Shown piece after piece: positions 19,901 to 30,850 of a DNA stretch of 64,000 bases. Position 1 is the first letter of the stretch. Every line of letters starts with the position of its first letter. Location: IMG/VR virus record IMGVR_UViG_3300044821_000131, positions 140,258 to 204,257 of that record. The stretch is one strand, 5' to 3'. The notes beneath the pieces are model-generated. The model was not told the DNA's origin. It was given only the letters and a program-made list of their open reading frames with translations, and ran no database searches. The position numbers were made by a program, and so were the translations under genes.

Positions 19901-20601
19901 CGAATGACACCGGTGCCTTGGGTCGTGACTGTCAAATACCATTGACCGGCCCGGTTGGTCTGAACATTATTTTCTGGAATCTGTGGGACCAGATGTTCAA
20001 GTACGAGCCGCAGAGGAATCAGGCTTGGATCGATTTGAACAAAGCCAGTCGCTTCTATCAGACTGGGCGTGTCGAGAGCTTGGCGGCCCTGTCACCTCTG
20101 GTCCTGATCGATACGGTGACTGGTAATTTATCCTCCAACGACGGTACGCCGATGACAGGACAGTTACTGATCACACTCGATTCGGCGGCGAACTTAACAG
20201 GCAAACCAAGCGTTCAAATTAATCTAACGAATCCCGGGGAGATTCAACCGATCTACACAAACAATACCGGTCGGCTGGTAGCGATCAGTTCGATTGTCTT
20301 GGTCATTGTTTTTCAGAACAATTCTGCGGGTTCTGGAGTTCCGGATGCTTCGTATTGTGCGAACATCACGATCGGCACCCAAGCCGGCAATTATCGGGAC
20401 ATTGTGGGATCATCGACGGCTGACGTTTATCCTACGCGGCTATTTGCCGTGAACCAGGTCAAGGAGGTATTTCCTGACCCAGATCAGCCGGCGCCGTTGA
20501 TTCAGCCGCATCAGTCGGTATATATTCAGGTTGTTCAGCCTGCTGGATCTCCGATTACGACGCAACTGGCCGTGGCAAGAATCAAAGGTGCGGTACTTTG
20601 A
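16990..20601 (+). CDS. Large virion structural protein with tandem GSGY beta repeats
   Basis: About 11-12 copies of [IV]x[IV]xNxGSGYxxxPx[VI]x[IV] between ~18120 and ~19520. Confidence 0.6.
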   Translation: MIQDLSKIRHVQPNDPVDAGVTSQPTRAIELRLQELEALVYGTGAANLNNQLILYNMPINTQSPNQVGLYNTVFYNPNTNQYELAIADVTLVAGTFTNNPSALAVGVVIAINGGMANILIGGANSWGVGGARTDMLNALIVEGASGYTPGVVYYLSATVPGKVTQYPPSLKIQVLVDSNNNFIVAPIYATPDAIQNIYSLPVGMRPVGSVRTIPPDQDQSIVVGFDALEQYDSVNNLWRLSSEGTVAAISNFGYMVADARVTTEPANPIYVRIQVDGSGHLNIFSANKLADLYDGGPNVFNQFKGVSALLALSSGNQGTVRYYTVVDNTNVTLGTLAFKFTSADISLVRHVIFKFPDHFQGWKMVNAPIPPTAAAVINSSGVITNINVTEGSVGYTTPPTVVIVDGSGPGFGATATAVLNEFGMITSITVNNGGSGYIAPVVSFDSRLTNVQVLNGGSGATATATVIGGSITSVTVTNGGSGYYANPTVSIVDPLGVGLGAQLATEVLNGAVISVAVINGGSGYNTSPLPILKLNNPFNSNYDPGINYAAPLLKLVGQTPTTNPVLAPSFSAAGIVRVDVLSSGIGYSPLTTITITPNLNGAVVHPVVDSDGRIIRVDVLNAGSNFSATPTLTIVNYSGFNGNGASLQAVLGSSLQSVVISNAGKGLTDPAAVLLGTPVRAIEIEASGSGYVSAPAVTIDPPDTAGIPVASGGVQATAVALMGGTIARVEITNAGTGYSQTSPPAITLTGTGGTGAALSLSVGADGTIWAVEVLNPGSGYTALSATIAAPISGTTATVNIYLEGAGSVIGFTITNPGNGYVGLPNVVIAASPTLDNALASSKLVGGTAQFQVTMSGAGGTRIPQTLTLSQGNNLQIWDYNDDFPDIVRPLNACWYYNMNADPNLKALYPAVPIDKVSFLLNGVEQNVTTFNESTQLLSNPDADFAVSRRTLLWTTFDTDGCPWDASVQQYANDTGALGRDCQIPLTGPVGLNIIFWNLWDQMFKYEPQRNQAWIDLNKASRFYQTGRVESLAALSPLVLIDTVTGNLSSNDGTPMTGQLLITLDSAANLTGKPSVQINLTNPGEIQPIYTNNTGRLVAISSIVLVIVFQNNSAGSGVPDASYCANITIGTQAGNYRDIVGSSTADVYPTRLFAVNQVKEVFPDPDQPAPLIQPHQSVYIQVVQPAGSPITTQLAVARIKGAVL

Positions 20602-20603
20602 CC

Positions 20604-21482
20604 ATGCAAGCACAAGTACAATTGACCAGGTTTCAGGCTGATCCGGGCGCGCTGCCAGGTCAACGTCAGGGCTATCCGATCACCATACAGGCGTCGGGTA
20701 CGAATATACCGTCGGAGATTTTTGTGTATCGCGTCGGAAAGCTTGGCGACGCGTTTCCAGGGGATCAGTTCTCTTGTGTTGCCTCTGTGGTTCAACTGGA
20801 TGAGATACCAGCTATCAAGGCTGTGACACTCACCCGGGAAGTTCAGATACCGTTCTATCGTACGTCGCAAATGGAGCTTATCTGTCGCACGGCGGCGGAA
20901 GCCGATCAAGTGTGGAACATTGTGCAAGAGGATGTGGCCGCGCTGGTGGCCAATTATGAATTGGCTTACTGTCTCAAAGGGAACGTGACAGCGACGATTT
21001 CCAACGGTACGATAAGCACCAGCACAAATGATATGACACCGCCCACACGCATTCAACTTGAATACCAACCTGCCGGCACCGCCACCTACGTCAGCAGCGT
21101 GCAAGGTATTACGTCTCCCGATATCTCGTTGCCTGGATGGTTACCCGTGTCTCAGGCTTTCTCGGGCTGGTCCGTGCCTCCCGGAGCTCTTTTCTTTTAC
21201 AACATAGCACAGGACGCAAATCTGCAATCCATATGGCCACTTCCGCAACCATATTCAGGACAGGAGCTTTACCGAAATGGTGTTTTGCTTCCGTATGGCA
21301 TCGTGTACGTTATCGATCAGAACACGATCTGGTGGTTGAATTTCGATCCCACGACCATACCGAATTATGCGCGGATCGCGGGTCAGGTCGCAGACGGAAA
21401 TGCACCTTGGCCGACGGATTATGTCAGTCCGGCGAGTCCGGGTGCTGTGTCATCGCAGATCATTCTGATGGCTTTCGCATGA
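20604..21482 (+). CDS. Hypothetical virion protein
   Basis: ~292 aa ORF in the fibre module, coupled to both neighbours. Confidence 0.4.
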   Translation: MQAQVQLTRFQADPGALPGQRQGYPITIQASGTNIPSEIFVYRVGKLGDAFPGDQFSCVASVVQLDEIPAIKAVTLTREVQIPFYRTSQMELICRTAAEADQVWNIVQEDVAALVANYELAYCLKGNVTATISNGTISTSTNDMTPPTRIQLEYQPAGTATYVSSVQGITSPDISLPGWLPVSQAFSGWSVPPGALFFYNIAQDANLQSIWPLPQPYSGQELYRNGVLLPYGIVYVIDQNTIWWLNFDPTTIPNYARIAGQVADGNAPWPTDYVSPASPGAVSSQIILMAFA

Positions 21483-22129
21483 GATACGCAATTCCAGGTT
21501 TTCAGACGCCGGATCATCCCAAGCATGACACTCGGGTATTCGCGAAGGCTGACGGCACGGTACATTTCATGTTCATGGATGATCGTCCGCTGGATGAAAA
21601 ATTGCCGCCGTTTTTGATTTTCATCAGCATCGAACATGGACGGGAAATTGAATTGCAGGCGTTCACACAATCCACACGTTTCGTATATCAAAGAAAACAC
21701 GAGGACCGAGCCAGCAAGTCTTACTGGTTTAAACTTCGCACTGATGAGTTGATAATTCTTCCGGGTACCTATCAAGTTCGGTTTGTAGTAAAAGGTGACG
21801 AGTGGGTGAAAAAGTCATTGACCGTACGCAATCACCCGGCGTTGCCTCGCAACCCAAAACCCGGAGTAGGTGTCGGCCATCGCATGGTGTTAAGTTTCGG
21901 TGACCCGAAAGTGGTGGTAGTTCAAGGTGACATGCGGCATCAAGCTGACAACCTGCCGAAGCCTAACAATTTTGCCTACAACATGGGTACTACCTATTTC
22001 GGTAGTCCGCCTCCGAATGACTATCAGACGGGCAGTGTGGGTGACGCCTATATTCAGATTATTGGAAATGAGTTTATAGCCGAGTGGATAAAGGTTTCAG
22101 GTTATGACACAAATACAGGCTGGGAGTAA
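21479..22129 (+). CDS. Hypothetical protein, fibre module
   Basis: ATGA coupling at 21479; C-terminal [19 protein letters not shown]...[13 protein letters not shown] resembles fibre shoulder motifs. Confidence 0.45.
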   Translation: MRYAIPGFQTPDHPKHDTRVFAKADGTVHFMFMDDRPLDEKLPPFLIFISIEHGREIELQAFTQSTRFVYQRKHEDRASKSYWFKLRTDELIILPGTYQVRFVVKGDEWVKKSLTVRNHPALPRNPKPGVGVGHRMVLSFGDPKVVVVQGDMRHQADNLPKPNNFAYNMGTTYFGSPPPNDYQTGSVGDAYIQIIGNEFIAEWIKVSGYDTNTGWE

Positions 22130-25100
22130 TGCCGCACATCTATCCATCTTCAGAATGGTTTGCAGACCAGTTGCAGTTGCAGACAACCGCTTCCGGCGTT
22201 AAACGTGTTTTAGATGTACAGGATGGAGAGCCTGGCCCGACTGGACCAACCGGTCCTACTGGTCCTGCTGGCGGCCCGACAGGTCCAACTGGTGCCGATT
22301 CTACAGTGCCAGGTCCCACGGGACCGACTGGTCCAACTGGATCTACCGGTCCCACTGGACCGACAGGACCTACAGGACCAACTGGTGCAGCATCTACCGT
22401 TGCTGGGCCAACTGGACCTACAGGGGCGCATGGGACAATTAAATTTTATGTTACACTTGACCCGGCGTATACTTCAACCGGTCATGCTGGAACAAGCATA
22501 GATCAATTTTCGTATGAGGATTTTATAGCATCGGCAAACGCTACTGAAAATAATACTTATTTGCTTGCCGGAGAGCGGACCTTAACTGATGCAGATGCTC
22601 AGTTCGTTATTAATCCATTTTCTCATATAATTACTGCACAGTATCCTTCGACTCCGTGGAGATTAAATTTAACGATATCAACATACAATCCCATAACGGA
22701 TAGTCCTCTTGAACAGGGGATTATTTTTGCTCCTACTGTGTTGGTGGGGGTTTTTGCTTTAACTGAAATGTATTTGAGCGCCTTTATTTGTATATTGTGC
22801 GACAACATTGACAAGTCAGTAATAATATCCCCGAACATAAATTTTCAGCCGGGATCACTGTCTTCGTTTTTTCAGTTAGCTGTAACTAATTCAATTATTT
22901 CCAGTTCTACCGGCTCTCCGCCTAATGCCTCTTATGGAGGTATAACGGCTTCAAATAGTATATTTACTGCGGCCTTTGCTGCTATGTCCGGTCTGATTGA
23001 TGGCGGGCAAAATACATTCAGTTGGAATGACTCTTCGGTAACTTATCCCCTTTGGAATGATGGAATTTTAGCTCATTATAATTTATACAGACGCTACGGG
23101 GTTGGGTATGTTGGAAGTTGGGCCTGCATAATAGATTCTGGTGGCGTTGGTCCAACTGGACCTACCGGCCCTACGGGACCGACTGGCGCTTCAGGAGCAG
23201 CTTCAACAGTCGCTGGTCCGACTGGACCTACGGGTCCTACAGGCGCTTCAGGAGCAGCAAGTACGGTTGCTGGCCCTACCGGTCCAACAGGTCCTACAGG
23301 CGCATCTGGAGCGGCTAGTACCGTGGCCGGACCGACTGGTCCCACCGGACCTACAGGAGCAAGTGGTGCTGCCTCTACTGTTGCTGGACCAACCGGCCCT
23401 ACGGGACCAACAGGGGCCAGTGGTGCTACTGGCCCGGGATACAAAGCGACATCGACGTCGTCTCTGGCTGTCGCTACCGGATCTAAGACATTTGTTTCGC
23501 AAACTGGGTTAGCGTATTCGGCTGGAGACCGGATGCGCGCTACAAGTAGTGGTACGCCTGCCAGTTATATGGAGGGATTGATCTCGTCATATATTACCGG
23601 TAGTTTTGTGACGACGGTTGACACGATTGGGGCGACGGGTACGTTTGCAGATTGGAATATAAATTTATCGGGCAATGTAGGATTGACCGGACCAACCGGC
23701 CCAACTGGTCCCACCGGCGTATCCGGCGCAGCGAGTACTGTAGCGGGACCTACGGGTCCGACTGGGCCGACAGGAGCTACAGGAGCAGCCTCGACTGTAG
23801 CAGGCCCTACCGGGCCGACAGGCCCAACAGGTGCGTCAGGAGCAGCGAGTACTGTGGCGGGTCCGACAGGCCCAACTGGGCCCACAGGTGCGTCAGGAGC
23901 AGCCTCGACTGTAGCAGGCCCAACTGGACCTACGGGTCCGACAGGGGCCAGTGGTGTTGCTTCCACAGTGGCTGGCCCTACCGGGCCGACAGGCCCAACA
24001 GGGGCGAGTGGGGCTGCCTCTACGGTCGCGGGTCCGACAGGTCCGACTGGACCGACAGGAGCAAGTGGAGCCGCGTCAACAGTGGCTGGACCAACTGGTC
24101 CTACCGGACCTACCGGTGCGGGTTATAAAGCCACGTCAACATCGTCACTCGCGGTCGCGACCGGATCCAAGACGTTTGCCTCGCAGACTAACCTTGCATA
24201 TTCGGCCGGCGATCGGATGCGTGCTACAAGCAGCGGCACACCCACCAGCTATATGGAAGGGGTGATCTCATCGTATGGTTCGGGAAATTTTGTGACGACG
24301 GTTGACACGATTGGAGCGACCGGTACGTTTGCAGATTGGAATATAAATCTGGCTGGTAACGTCGGTTTTACTGGACCAACAGGCCCAACTGGACCAACAG
24401 GGGCCAGTGGCGCCGCCTCGACTGTAGCAGGTCCGACTGGACCTACGGGTCCGACAGGCGCATCCGGTGCAGCAAGCACTGTAGCAGGCCCTACCGGTCC
24501 GACAGGCCCAACGGGCGCTTCAGGAGCAGCTTCAACAGTCGCTGGTCCGACTGGACCTACGGGTCCTACAGGCGCTTCAGGAGCAGCAAGTACGGTTGCT
24601 GGCCCTACCGGTCCAACAGGTCCTACAGGGGCCAGTGGTGCTGCAAGTACCGTGGCTGGTCCAACTGGACCTACGGGTCCGACCGGGGCTAGCGGAGCAA
24701 CCGGGCCGGGTTATAAAGCCACATCAACTTCGTCGTTAGCAGTCGCAACCGGGTCCAAGACATTTGCTTCGCAGACGAACCTTGCATATTCAGCTGGAGA
24801 TCGGATGCGTGCTACAAGTAGCGGCACACCCGCCAGCTATATGGAAGGGGTGATCTCGTCATACATTACAGGCAGTTTTGTAACGACGGTAGACACGATT
24901 GGGGCTACAGGCACGTTTGCAGATTGGAATATAAATTTAGCGGGCAATGTAGGATTAACCGGACCTACAGGTCCGACTGGACCGACTGGTCCCACCGGCG
25001 TATCCGGCGCAGCGAGTACTGTAGCGGGACCTACGGGTCCGACTGGGCCGACAGGAGCTACAGGAGCAGCCTCGACTGTAGCAGGCCCTACCGGGCCGAC

Positions 25101-25578
25101 AGGCCCAACCGGGGCGAGTGGGGCTGCTTCCACCGTGGCTGGACCAACTGGACCTACAGGTCCGACAGGCGCGTCAGGAGCAGCGAGTACTGTAGCGGGT
25201 CCGACAGGTCCGACAGGCCCAACGGGCGCTTCTGGTGCTGCAAGTACGGTTGCCGGACCAACCGGCCCTACGGGACCAACAGGTGCTTCTGGTGCTGCTT
25301 CAACAGTTGCTGGCCCTACCGGTCCGACAGGCCCAACGGGCGCTTCTGGTGCTGCAAGTACCGTGGCTGGCCCTACCGGGCCGACAGGTGCGTCAGGAGC
25401 AGCGAGTACTGTGGCGGGTCCGACAGGCCCAACTGGGCCGACAGGTGCGTCAGGAGCAGCAAGTACTGTTGCTGGACCAACTGGTCCTACCGGACCTACC
25501 GGTGCAACAGGGCCGACCGGCCCCGGCGGCGGCGCATCTTCAAACTCAATGGCATATCCTTGGTTTTTAGACTTATGA
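22129..25578 (+). CDS. Collagen-like tail fibre 1 (interrupted GPT repeats plus three copies of an 82-aa domain)
   Basis: Repeating [19 protein letters not shown] units; three copies of [19 protein letters not shown]...ADWNINL. Confidence 0.85.
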   Translation: MPHIYPSSEWFADQLQLQTTASGVKRVLDVQDGEPGPTGPTGPTGPAGGPTGPTGADSTVPGPTGPTGPTGSTGPTGPTGPTGPTGAASTVAGPTGPTGAHGTIKFYVTLDPAYTSTGHAGTSIDQFSYEDFIASANATENNTYLLAGERTLTDADAQFVINPFSHIITAQYPSTPWRLNLTISTYNPITDSPLEQGIIFAPTVLVGVFALTEMYLSAFICILCDNIDKSVIISPNINFQPGSLSSFFQLAVTNSIISSSTGSPPNASYGGITASNSIFTAAFAAMSGLIDGGQNTFSWNDSSVTYPLWNDGILAHYNLYRRYGVGYVGSWACIIDSGGVGPTGPTGPTGPTGASGAASTVAGPTGPTGPTGASGAASTVAGPTGPTGPTGASGAASTVAGPTGPTGPTGASGAASTVAGPTGPTGPTGASGATGPGYKATSTSSLAVATGSKTFVSQTGLAYSAGDRMRATSSGTPASYMEGLISSYITGSFVTTVDTIGATGTFADWNINLSGNVGLTGPTGPTGPTGVSGAASTVAGPTGPTGPTGATGAASTVAGPTGPTGPTGASGAASTVAGPTGPTGPTGASGAASTVAGPTGPTGPTGASGVASTVAGPTGPTGPTGASGAASTVAGPTGPTGPTGASGAASTVAGPTGPTGPTGAGYKATSTSSLAVATGSKTFASQTNLAYSAGDRMRATSSGTPTSYMEGVISSYGSGNFVTTVDTIGATGTFADWNINLAGNVGFTGPTGPTGPTGASGAASTVAGPTGPTGPTGASGAASTVAGPTGPTGPTGASGAASTVAGPTGPTGPTGASGAASTVAGPTGPTGPTGASGAASTVAGPTGPTGPTGASGATGPGYKATSTSSLAVATGSKTFASQTNLAYSAGDRMRATSSGTPASYMEGVISSYITGSFVTTVDTIGATGTFADWNINLAGNVGLTGPTGPTGPTGPTGVSGAASTVAGPTGPTGPTGATGAASTVAGPTGPTGPTGASGAASTVAGPTGPTGPTGASGAASTVAGPTGPTGPTGASGAASTVAGPTGPTGPTGASGAASTVAGPTGPTGPTGASGAASTVAGPTGPTGASGAASTVAGPTGPTGPTGASGAASTVAGPTGPTGPTGATGPTGPGGGASSNSMAYPWFLDL
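23437..24954 (+). repeat. Three 246-nt direct repeats (23437-23682, 24121-24366, 24709-24954) separated by 57-nt-unit collagen arrays
   Basis: Near-identical DNA and protein copies seen directly. Confidence 0.9.
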
Positions 25579-28500
25579 CAATCATACTCGACACAACCTC
25601 AAAATACATAGACGTGGTAATGACCGCACCGCCGGCCACGACCAACCCGTCGTTCTTCTCCAGCTACGCCGACAACAACGGCACGACTTTTACGGAAGGA
25701 GGCAACGATGGTGTGCTCAATGGAACTACGCTGGTAACACTGGTTGCCGCACCGGCATCGAGCACGCGCCGGACGGTAAAGAAGCTTGGAATTTATAATG
25801 CTGATACCGCGCCCGTCACAATTACAGTTGCAATAAATGACTCAGCCACTCGTCGTATTTTTGCCAAGGTTACGCTGCAACAAAATGAAACGTGGTTGGG
25901 TGATGTGCAGATGGACGCGAATGGAAACGTGAAGGGGATTGGACCTACTGGCCCTACTGGACCAACTGGTCCAACTGGACCAACTGGTCCTACAGGAGGC
26001 ACGGGTGCAGTTTCAACGGTCGCGGGTCCGACTGGTCCTACTGGTCCGACAGGTCCCACTGGTGCTGCTAGTACCGTGGCGGGACCTACTGGTCCAACTG
26101 GACCTACAGGTCCCACTGGTGCTGCTTCTACTGTTGCGGGTCCGACTGGTCCTACTGGTCCGACAGGCCCAACTGGAGCAGCAAGTACCGTAGCAGGTCC
26201 GACTGGTCCAACCGGACCTACTGGTGCAGCTAGTACCGTAGCCGGCCCAACTGGTCCGACGGGAGCCACTGGACCTACCGGGCCGACTGGATCAGCCGCA
26301 GTCGTAACTGTACAGGTCATTGCCACAGCGGGAAGTACGACCACGCTAACATCTGGAAGTCCTTATCAAACAGATTTTACGGGGACGCTTAATCAGACTT
26401 GTGTTTTACCGAATGCTACGACTTTATCAGTGGGGCAGCGTTACCAAGTAAACAACAATTCTACTGGACTGATTACAGTACAGGTAAATGGTGGAACATT
26501 CTTGGCAACCATAGCTACTGGAATGTCATGGCTAGTTACATTGTTGACCAATGGTACTACTGCTGGTACGTGGGATTTTGATTGGATAGGTAACGTCCAA
26601 GGACGCGGGACTCAAAGTATAGCCACTTCCGGTGGGAGCACACAATTGACAGCGACGAGTCATAGACAGCTTATCTTAACGGGTACGGCTACGCATACCA
26701 TAATACTTCCCGATTGTACTACGCTACCTTTCACGGATTGGTCTTTTGAAATAGACAATCAATCTCCGCTAACCATTGCTGTGCAGTATTTTGGAGGGGC
26801 GGCACTAACGCTTATTACGGGCTACGGGCAGTTAATTTTAAGCTGTAACTCTATCGCCACACAAGCAGGCACTTGGCAATATCAGACGGACCAGCAGATT
26901 TCGGCGGATATTCCGCCAACGCCACAGGTTCTCAACGGACTGGATGTTTGGGGGCATAGTTGGCTGGAGAATCCTTTAACGTCACCAACATTTTCAAGCT
27001 TGGGCACGAATAGTAACGAATTGTTTGGGCGCATATTTGCAACATCGTGTGGTATCCCAGCATCAAGATATATTCAGCACGCCCGTACAGGAGCCATGCT
27101 GGTGGGTGGAACTCGGGCCGCGACAACTGGCGGCGGTAATTTTGCAAAGATGTTGAACGAACTTGTACGTTCAAGGCAAACTCCGCCGTACGTTCGATCA
27201 GGAAATGCGCATCTTATTTGTTGGGGCATTAACGACATTGGGAATAACACGGCGGCGAATCAGGCCAATCTCAGAGTTAGCGCGCAGAACATCTTAACGG
27301 TGCTAATTTCCAAGGCACGTTCGGCAGCGATCTATAACGCCAACCCGACGGGAGCAAACCTTGCATTCGGTGCCAACTGGGTGGCCGCAACTGGTGCCAA
27401 CGATTTTACGTCGGGCTTCGCCCGTCAATGCACGGTGGTAGATTCCGCCGGATCGTCTACTATCACGTTTACAATCCCCATCGGCTATCAAGGCGAACCG
27501 ATTTGTTTCTGCTTGGGCACGCTTTCAGGCGGATCAATCGTGGTTACTTGGGGCGGTGGTGCTGGTATTACTGGCACCACAACCTTGAGCGGTATTGGTT
27601 TGGCAGCAAACGGCGTCATTCTCAAGAGGATCACAACTCTGACCAAGGCGAACGCCGGTCAAACCATAACCTGCGCGGTGACGACCATATCCGCTTCGAC
27701 GGCCTATTTTGACGGGGTATGGATTGAGGCGTTCAAGGCTGTGCCTATCTTAGTGTGTAACTGTCCTCGCCTGCCGGAGCATTTAATTACTTGGGCGAGC
27801 GGAGCAGGCGTCACTACGGGTGTCAACACCAGTTTTACCGACGCTAACGTGCAATTCTCAAACACGGGCGGTTGGTATGACGTAGGAGCCACCCTAAACG
27901 AAACCGATGCGCAAGGCGCGTTTACTGGAGCGACAAATACCATCTCATCCGTCACCAATGCAACCACGGTTGTACTGGGTACGAATGCGGCGGCGGCAAA
28001 AACAAATATCCAATACACAATCCAACGTCGAATTCGAGGTTACTCCTCAAGTCTATATTGGACAACGAATACCAATTTCACCAGCGCGACGAATCTTAGC
28101 CATGCGGCGGCGGATACGGACATCACGAATTGGAACTCGATGATAGCAACTGTCGTGGCTCAGTTCGACTCAATGGTTCAAGTTGTTGATCTGGATGCGG
28201 CTATTGGAGCAGACGCCACCGTGCCTTCAAACGTTTACACATGGTTCTCCATGGATGGAGGTCATCTCAACGCACTTGGGCACATGCGCTGCGCTCAAGC
28301 GGTTATGCTGGCTGCGATTAACTTGATTGCGCCAACAACCGATCCGCAACCATTCGCGAACCTTCAAGAGCAGTCTGTTCCGGTTTATGAGCCGGCAGAG
28401 TACCGGCGCGTGATTCGTACGGGCCAGATTTACCTGCCTGATGGAGCAATCCTTGGTCCGGTGGCAAATTTATACACAGCCGTTCTGGGAGATTGTTTTG

Positions 28501-29006
28501 CATTTCCGTTTTTTGTGACGGAAGCCGCAGAGTTTTGGACAACCGTGTTCATGGATCAGTCAAACGCTGGAACCTCGCAAATGCGTGTAGCGGTATATGA
28601 TGATGTGGGCGGTGGAAATGGGCCGCTGGGTTACCCTAGTTGCGTTCTCATCGACACAGGAGTCGTGGCCATGAACGGTTCGGCGTCGGTAACAAATATA
28701 GCCCCGGCTGGAATAGCTCGAACGATCTATCCGGGACTGAACTGGCTGGTAATCAAATGCGACGTGTTGGGTACAGCATCCACGTTTTACACCATGTTCG
28801 GCACTTCTCTACAATTACCGGGATGGAACGGAGCACACTTGGGCACATCCACAAACTTTCTTCAGCCCATAGCCTACAAGGTAACGGGCGTGGCCGCGGG
28901 TGCATTTCCGGGCGTGTTCCCGACTGGCGGATTACTTGTTGGTTGTAACGTGGGCGCAACTGGCCAGTTTGCTCCCGTTGTAGGCGTAACCCGGACTATT
29001 CAATAA
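25575..29006 (+). CDS. Collagen-like tail fibre 2 with SGNH/GDSL esterase domain
   Basis: ATGA coupling at 25575; short GPT collagen; two TLP-type repeats; SGNH blocks [17 protein letters not shown] and [11 protein letters not shown]. Confidence 0.75.
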   Translation: MTIILDTTSKYIDVVMTAPPATTNPSFFSSYADNNGTTFTEGGNDGVLNGTTLVTLVAAPASSTRRTVKKLGIYNADTAPVTITVAINDSATRRIFAKVTLQQNETWLGDVQMDANGNVKGIGPTGPTGPTGPTGPTGPTGGTGAVSTVAGPTGPTGPTGPTGAASTVAGPTGPTGPTGPTGAASTVAGPTGPTGPTGPTGAASTVAGPTGPTGPTGAASTVAGPTGPTGATGPTGPTGSAAVVTVQVIATAGSTTTLTSGSPYQTDFTGTLNQTCVLPNATTLSVGQRYQVNNNSTGLITVQVNGGTFLATIATGMSWLVTLLTNGTTAGTWDFDWIGNVQGRGTQSIATSGGSTQLTATSHRQLILTGTATHTIILPDCTTLPFTDWSFEIDNQSPLTIAVQYFGGAALTLITGYGQLILSCNSIATQAGTWQYQTDQQISADIPPTPQVLNGLDVWGHSWLENPLTSPTFSSLGTNSNELFGRIFATSCGIPASRYIQHARTGAMLVGGTRAATTGGGNFAKMLNELVRSRQTPPYVRSGNAHLICWGINDIGNNTAANQANLRVSAQNILTVLISKARSAAIYNANPTGANLAFGANWVAATGANDFTSGFARQCTVVDSAGSSTITFTIPIGYQGEPICFCLGTLSGGSIVVTWGGGAGITGTTTLSGIGLAANGVILKRITTLTKANAGQTITCAVTTISASTAYFDGVWIEAFKAVPILVCNCPRLPEHLITWASGAGVTTGVNTSFTDANVQFSNTGGWYDVGATLNETDAQGAFTGATNTISSVTNATTVVLGTNAAAAKTNIQYTIQRRIRGYSSSLYWTTNTNFTSATNLSHAAADTDITNWNSMIATVVAQFDSMVQVVDLDAAIGADATVPSNVYTWFSMDGGHLNALGHMRCAQAVMLAAINLIAPTTDPQPFANLQEQSVPVYEPAEYRRVIRTGQIYLPDGAILGPVANLYTAVLGDCFAFPFFVTEAAEFWTTVFMDQSNAGTSQMRVAVYDDVGGGNGPLGYPSCVLIDTGVVAMNGSASVTNIAPAGIARTIYPGLNWLVIKCDVLGTASTFYTMFGTSLQLPGWNGAHLGTSTNFLQPIAYKVTGVAAGAFPGVFPTGGLLVGCNVGATGQFAPVVGVTRTIQ

Positions 29007-29010
29007 TAAC

Positions 29011-29039
29011 TTGACAGTTCTTACACCATACAATAGAAC
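29011..29039 (+). promoter_or_regulatory. Candidate sigma-70 promoter
   Basis: TTGACA-17 bp-TAGAAC in the 39-nt gap before the FkbM gene. Confidence 0.45.
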
Positions 29040-29045
29040 CAAACC

Positions 29046-29753
29046 ATGTCTACGACCAACGATCTTATTCGCACAAAAATGGGTTTTTATGTCCTGCAAA
29101 ACGATACACATTTATCGCGCTGGATCGAAAATTCAAATCAGTTGGTGATCCCTTACAACGTGGCGGAGATCGCCAGTTACGCGCACGTTATTCCTGAAGG
29201 TGGTGTGGTAATAAACGCTGGTGCCTGTCTGGGAGATCACACCGCGGCCTATGCCCATATCGTGGGCAGCCAAGGGCATGTATACGCTTTTGAGCCTCGT
29301 CCTGATACCTTTGCAGCCCTCGAAAAGAACATGAGCGTGTTCAAAAACGTACACGTGCTCAATTGTGCACTGTCCGATACCAACGGTACTGTAAATCTAG
29401 TGTTGGACCCTAACGTAGGCGCGTCTTACACTACGTCTGCGGAGGGTGACGTGAAAATAGAGCCAGCAAAGCTGGACGACTTGTTCCTGACTACATTTAC
29501 ACGTTGCGATTTTATCCACTTGGATGCCGAAGGCTATGAACCGAGGATACTCTTAGGAGCACAAGAGTTGATCCGGAAATTCCGACCGGCATTGGTCCTT
29601 GAACTGTGCGACCACCATCTCAAACGCGCGGGATCGTCCGAAACAGAGCTTCTAAGCTTACTGAAAAAATGGGGATACATTGTATTCCCGATTCCCGGTC
29701 AGGTGTGTCCTGAGCAACGCGACGTTTTGGCGCTTCCGAGGATGGCCCAATGA
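29046..29753 (+). CDS. FkbM family SAM-dependent methyltransferase
   Basis: VINAGACLGDHT, VYAFEPRP, NCALSD, FIHLDAEGYEPRILLGA, RPALVLEL. Confidence 0.9.
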   Translation: MSTTNDLIRTKMGFYVLQNDTHLSRWIENSNQLVIPYNVAEIASYAHVIPEGGVVINAGACLGDHTAAYAHIVGSQGHVYAFEPRPDTFAALEKNMSVFKNVHVLNCALSDTNGTVNLVLDPNVGASYTTSAEGDVKIEPAKLDDLFLTTFTRCDFIHLDAEGYEPRILLGAQELIRKFRPALVLELCDHHLKRAGSSETELLSLLKKWGYIVFPIPGQVCPEQRDVLALPRMAQ

Positions 29754-30850
29754 GACTGCACCTGCTGGCGCTTCCGAATGTTCAGACGACAAAAGCTTAT
29801 TCGTTGGATGGGTTCTGTGTCGCCACCATACGCTTTGCCAAGATGATGAAAGATATTGGTCACACGGTTATCCTCTACGCTTCGGAAGAAAATGAGGCAC
29901 CGTGTGATGAACTGGTTACTGTGATCACCAAGGCTGAACAGAAGGCGCTGAGTCGTGGAGAGTATCAATACGAGGCCATGAATGAGAACTACCCGCTGTG
30001 GTCCGTGGCAAACCCACGTATCATCGAAGCAATCAGGGAGCGTAAACAGCCGCGAGATTTGCTTCTCACAATCGGCGGTGCCTCCCAAAAGGTCATAGCC
30101 GATGCCCATCCCGACTTGCCCTGTGTTGAATATTCGATCGGATACATTGCAAGTTTCGCGCCTTACCGCATCTACGAGAGCTGCGCCTGGCAACACTGGT
30201 CACACGGACAGCAGCAGAATCAGTTCGGAAGATTCTTCGACGAAGTCATACCCTATTTTTTCGACGAGCAAGAATTTATACCCCGGGTGAACAAGGAGAA
30301 TTTCACACTGTATGTGGGTCGGCTGACTCAAAATAAAGGACTTACCATCGCCTGTCGCGCGGCGAAACTAGCCGGAGTGCCACTGAAGGTTATAGGGCAT
30401 GGAGATCCTGCCTTGGTGACGGATGGCGCCGAATATCTGGGAGTCTTGCCAGACGCGGAACGAAACGATTGGATGTCCCGAGCTTCGTCTGTATTGTGCC
30501 CTACTCTGTATTTAGAACCCTTCGGCGCGGTCGCAGTTGAGGCACAGCTTTCTGGAACTCCGGTAATAAGCACCAACTTTGGTGGCTTCACGGAGACTGT
30601 CGAGCATGGCAAGACCGGATTTCGTTGCGCCTATTTGGGGCAGTTCGCACAGGCTTTAAAAGAGGTGTACAGCTTGGATCCAAACTACATACGACAACGC
30701 GCGGTGGAAAAATATTCCATGCACCGATTGAAGTACTCCTACGAACGTTACTTCGACAAGCTGTCGATGCTCTGGGATAAGGGCTGGGATACCACTTCAG
30801 TCAACGTGTCAGATTTCGCACCGTCGCCGATCGGTAGCGCGCAACCGTAG
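29750..30850 (+). CDS. GT-B glycosyltransferase family 4
   Basis: LYVGRLTQNKG and LCPTLYLEPFGAVAVEAQLSGTPVISTNFGGFTETVEHGKTGF (E-x7-E motif). Confidence 0.92.
   Translation: MRLHLLALPNVQTTKAYSLDGFCVATIRFAKMMKDIGHTVILYASEENEAPCDELVTVITKAEQKALSRGEYQYEAMNENYPLWSVANPRIIEAIRERKQPRDLLLTIGGASQKVIADAHPDLPCVEYSIGYIASFAPYRIYESCAWQHWSHGQQQNQFGRFFDEVIPYFFDEQEFIPRVNKENFTLYVGRLTQNKGLTIACRAAKLAGVPLKVIGHGDPALVTDGAEYLGVLPDAERNDWMSRASSVLCPTLYLEPFGAVAVEAQLSGTPVISTNFGGFTETVEHGKTGFRCAYLGQFAQALKEVYSLDPNYIRQRAVEKYSMHRLKYSYERYFDKLSMLWDKGWDTTSVNVSDFAPSPIGSAQP

Noticed and set aside
1-22129. Extracellular contractile injection system (eCIS/tailocin) or T6SS
   Set aside because: The same contig carries a terminase, DnaB-like helicase, ligase, sigma factor and dozens of phage-type accessory genes, so a phage tail is the simpler reading
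22140-26344. Many antisense and off-frame ORFs (e.g. PVGPVGPV proteins) and the 24924 start for fibre 2
   Set aside because: These are shadows of the collagen repeats. ATGA coupling supports 25575 as the true start
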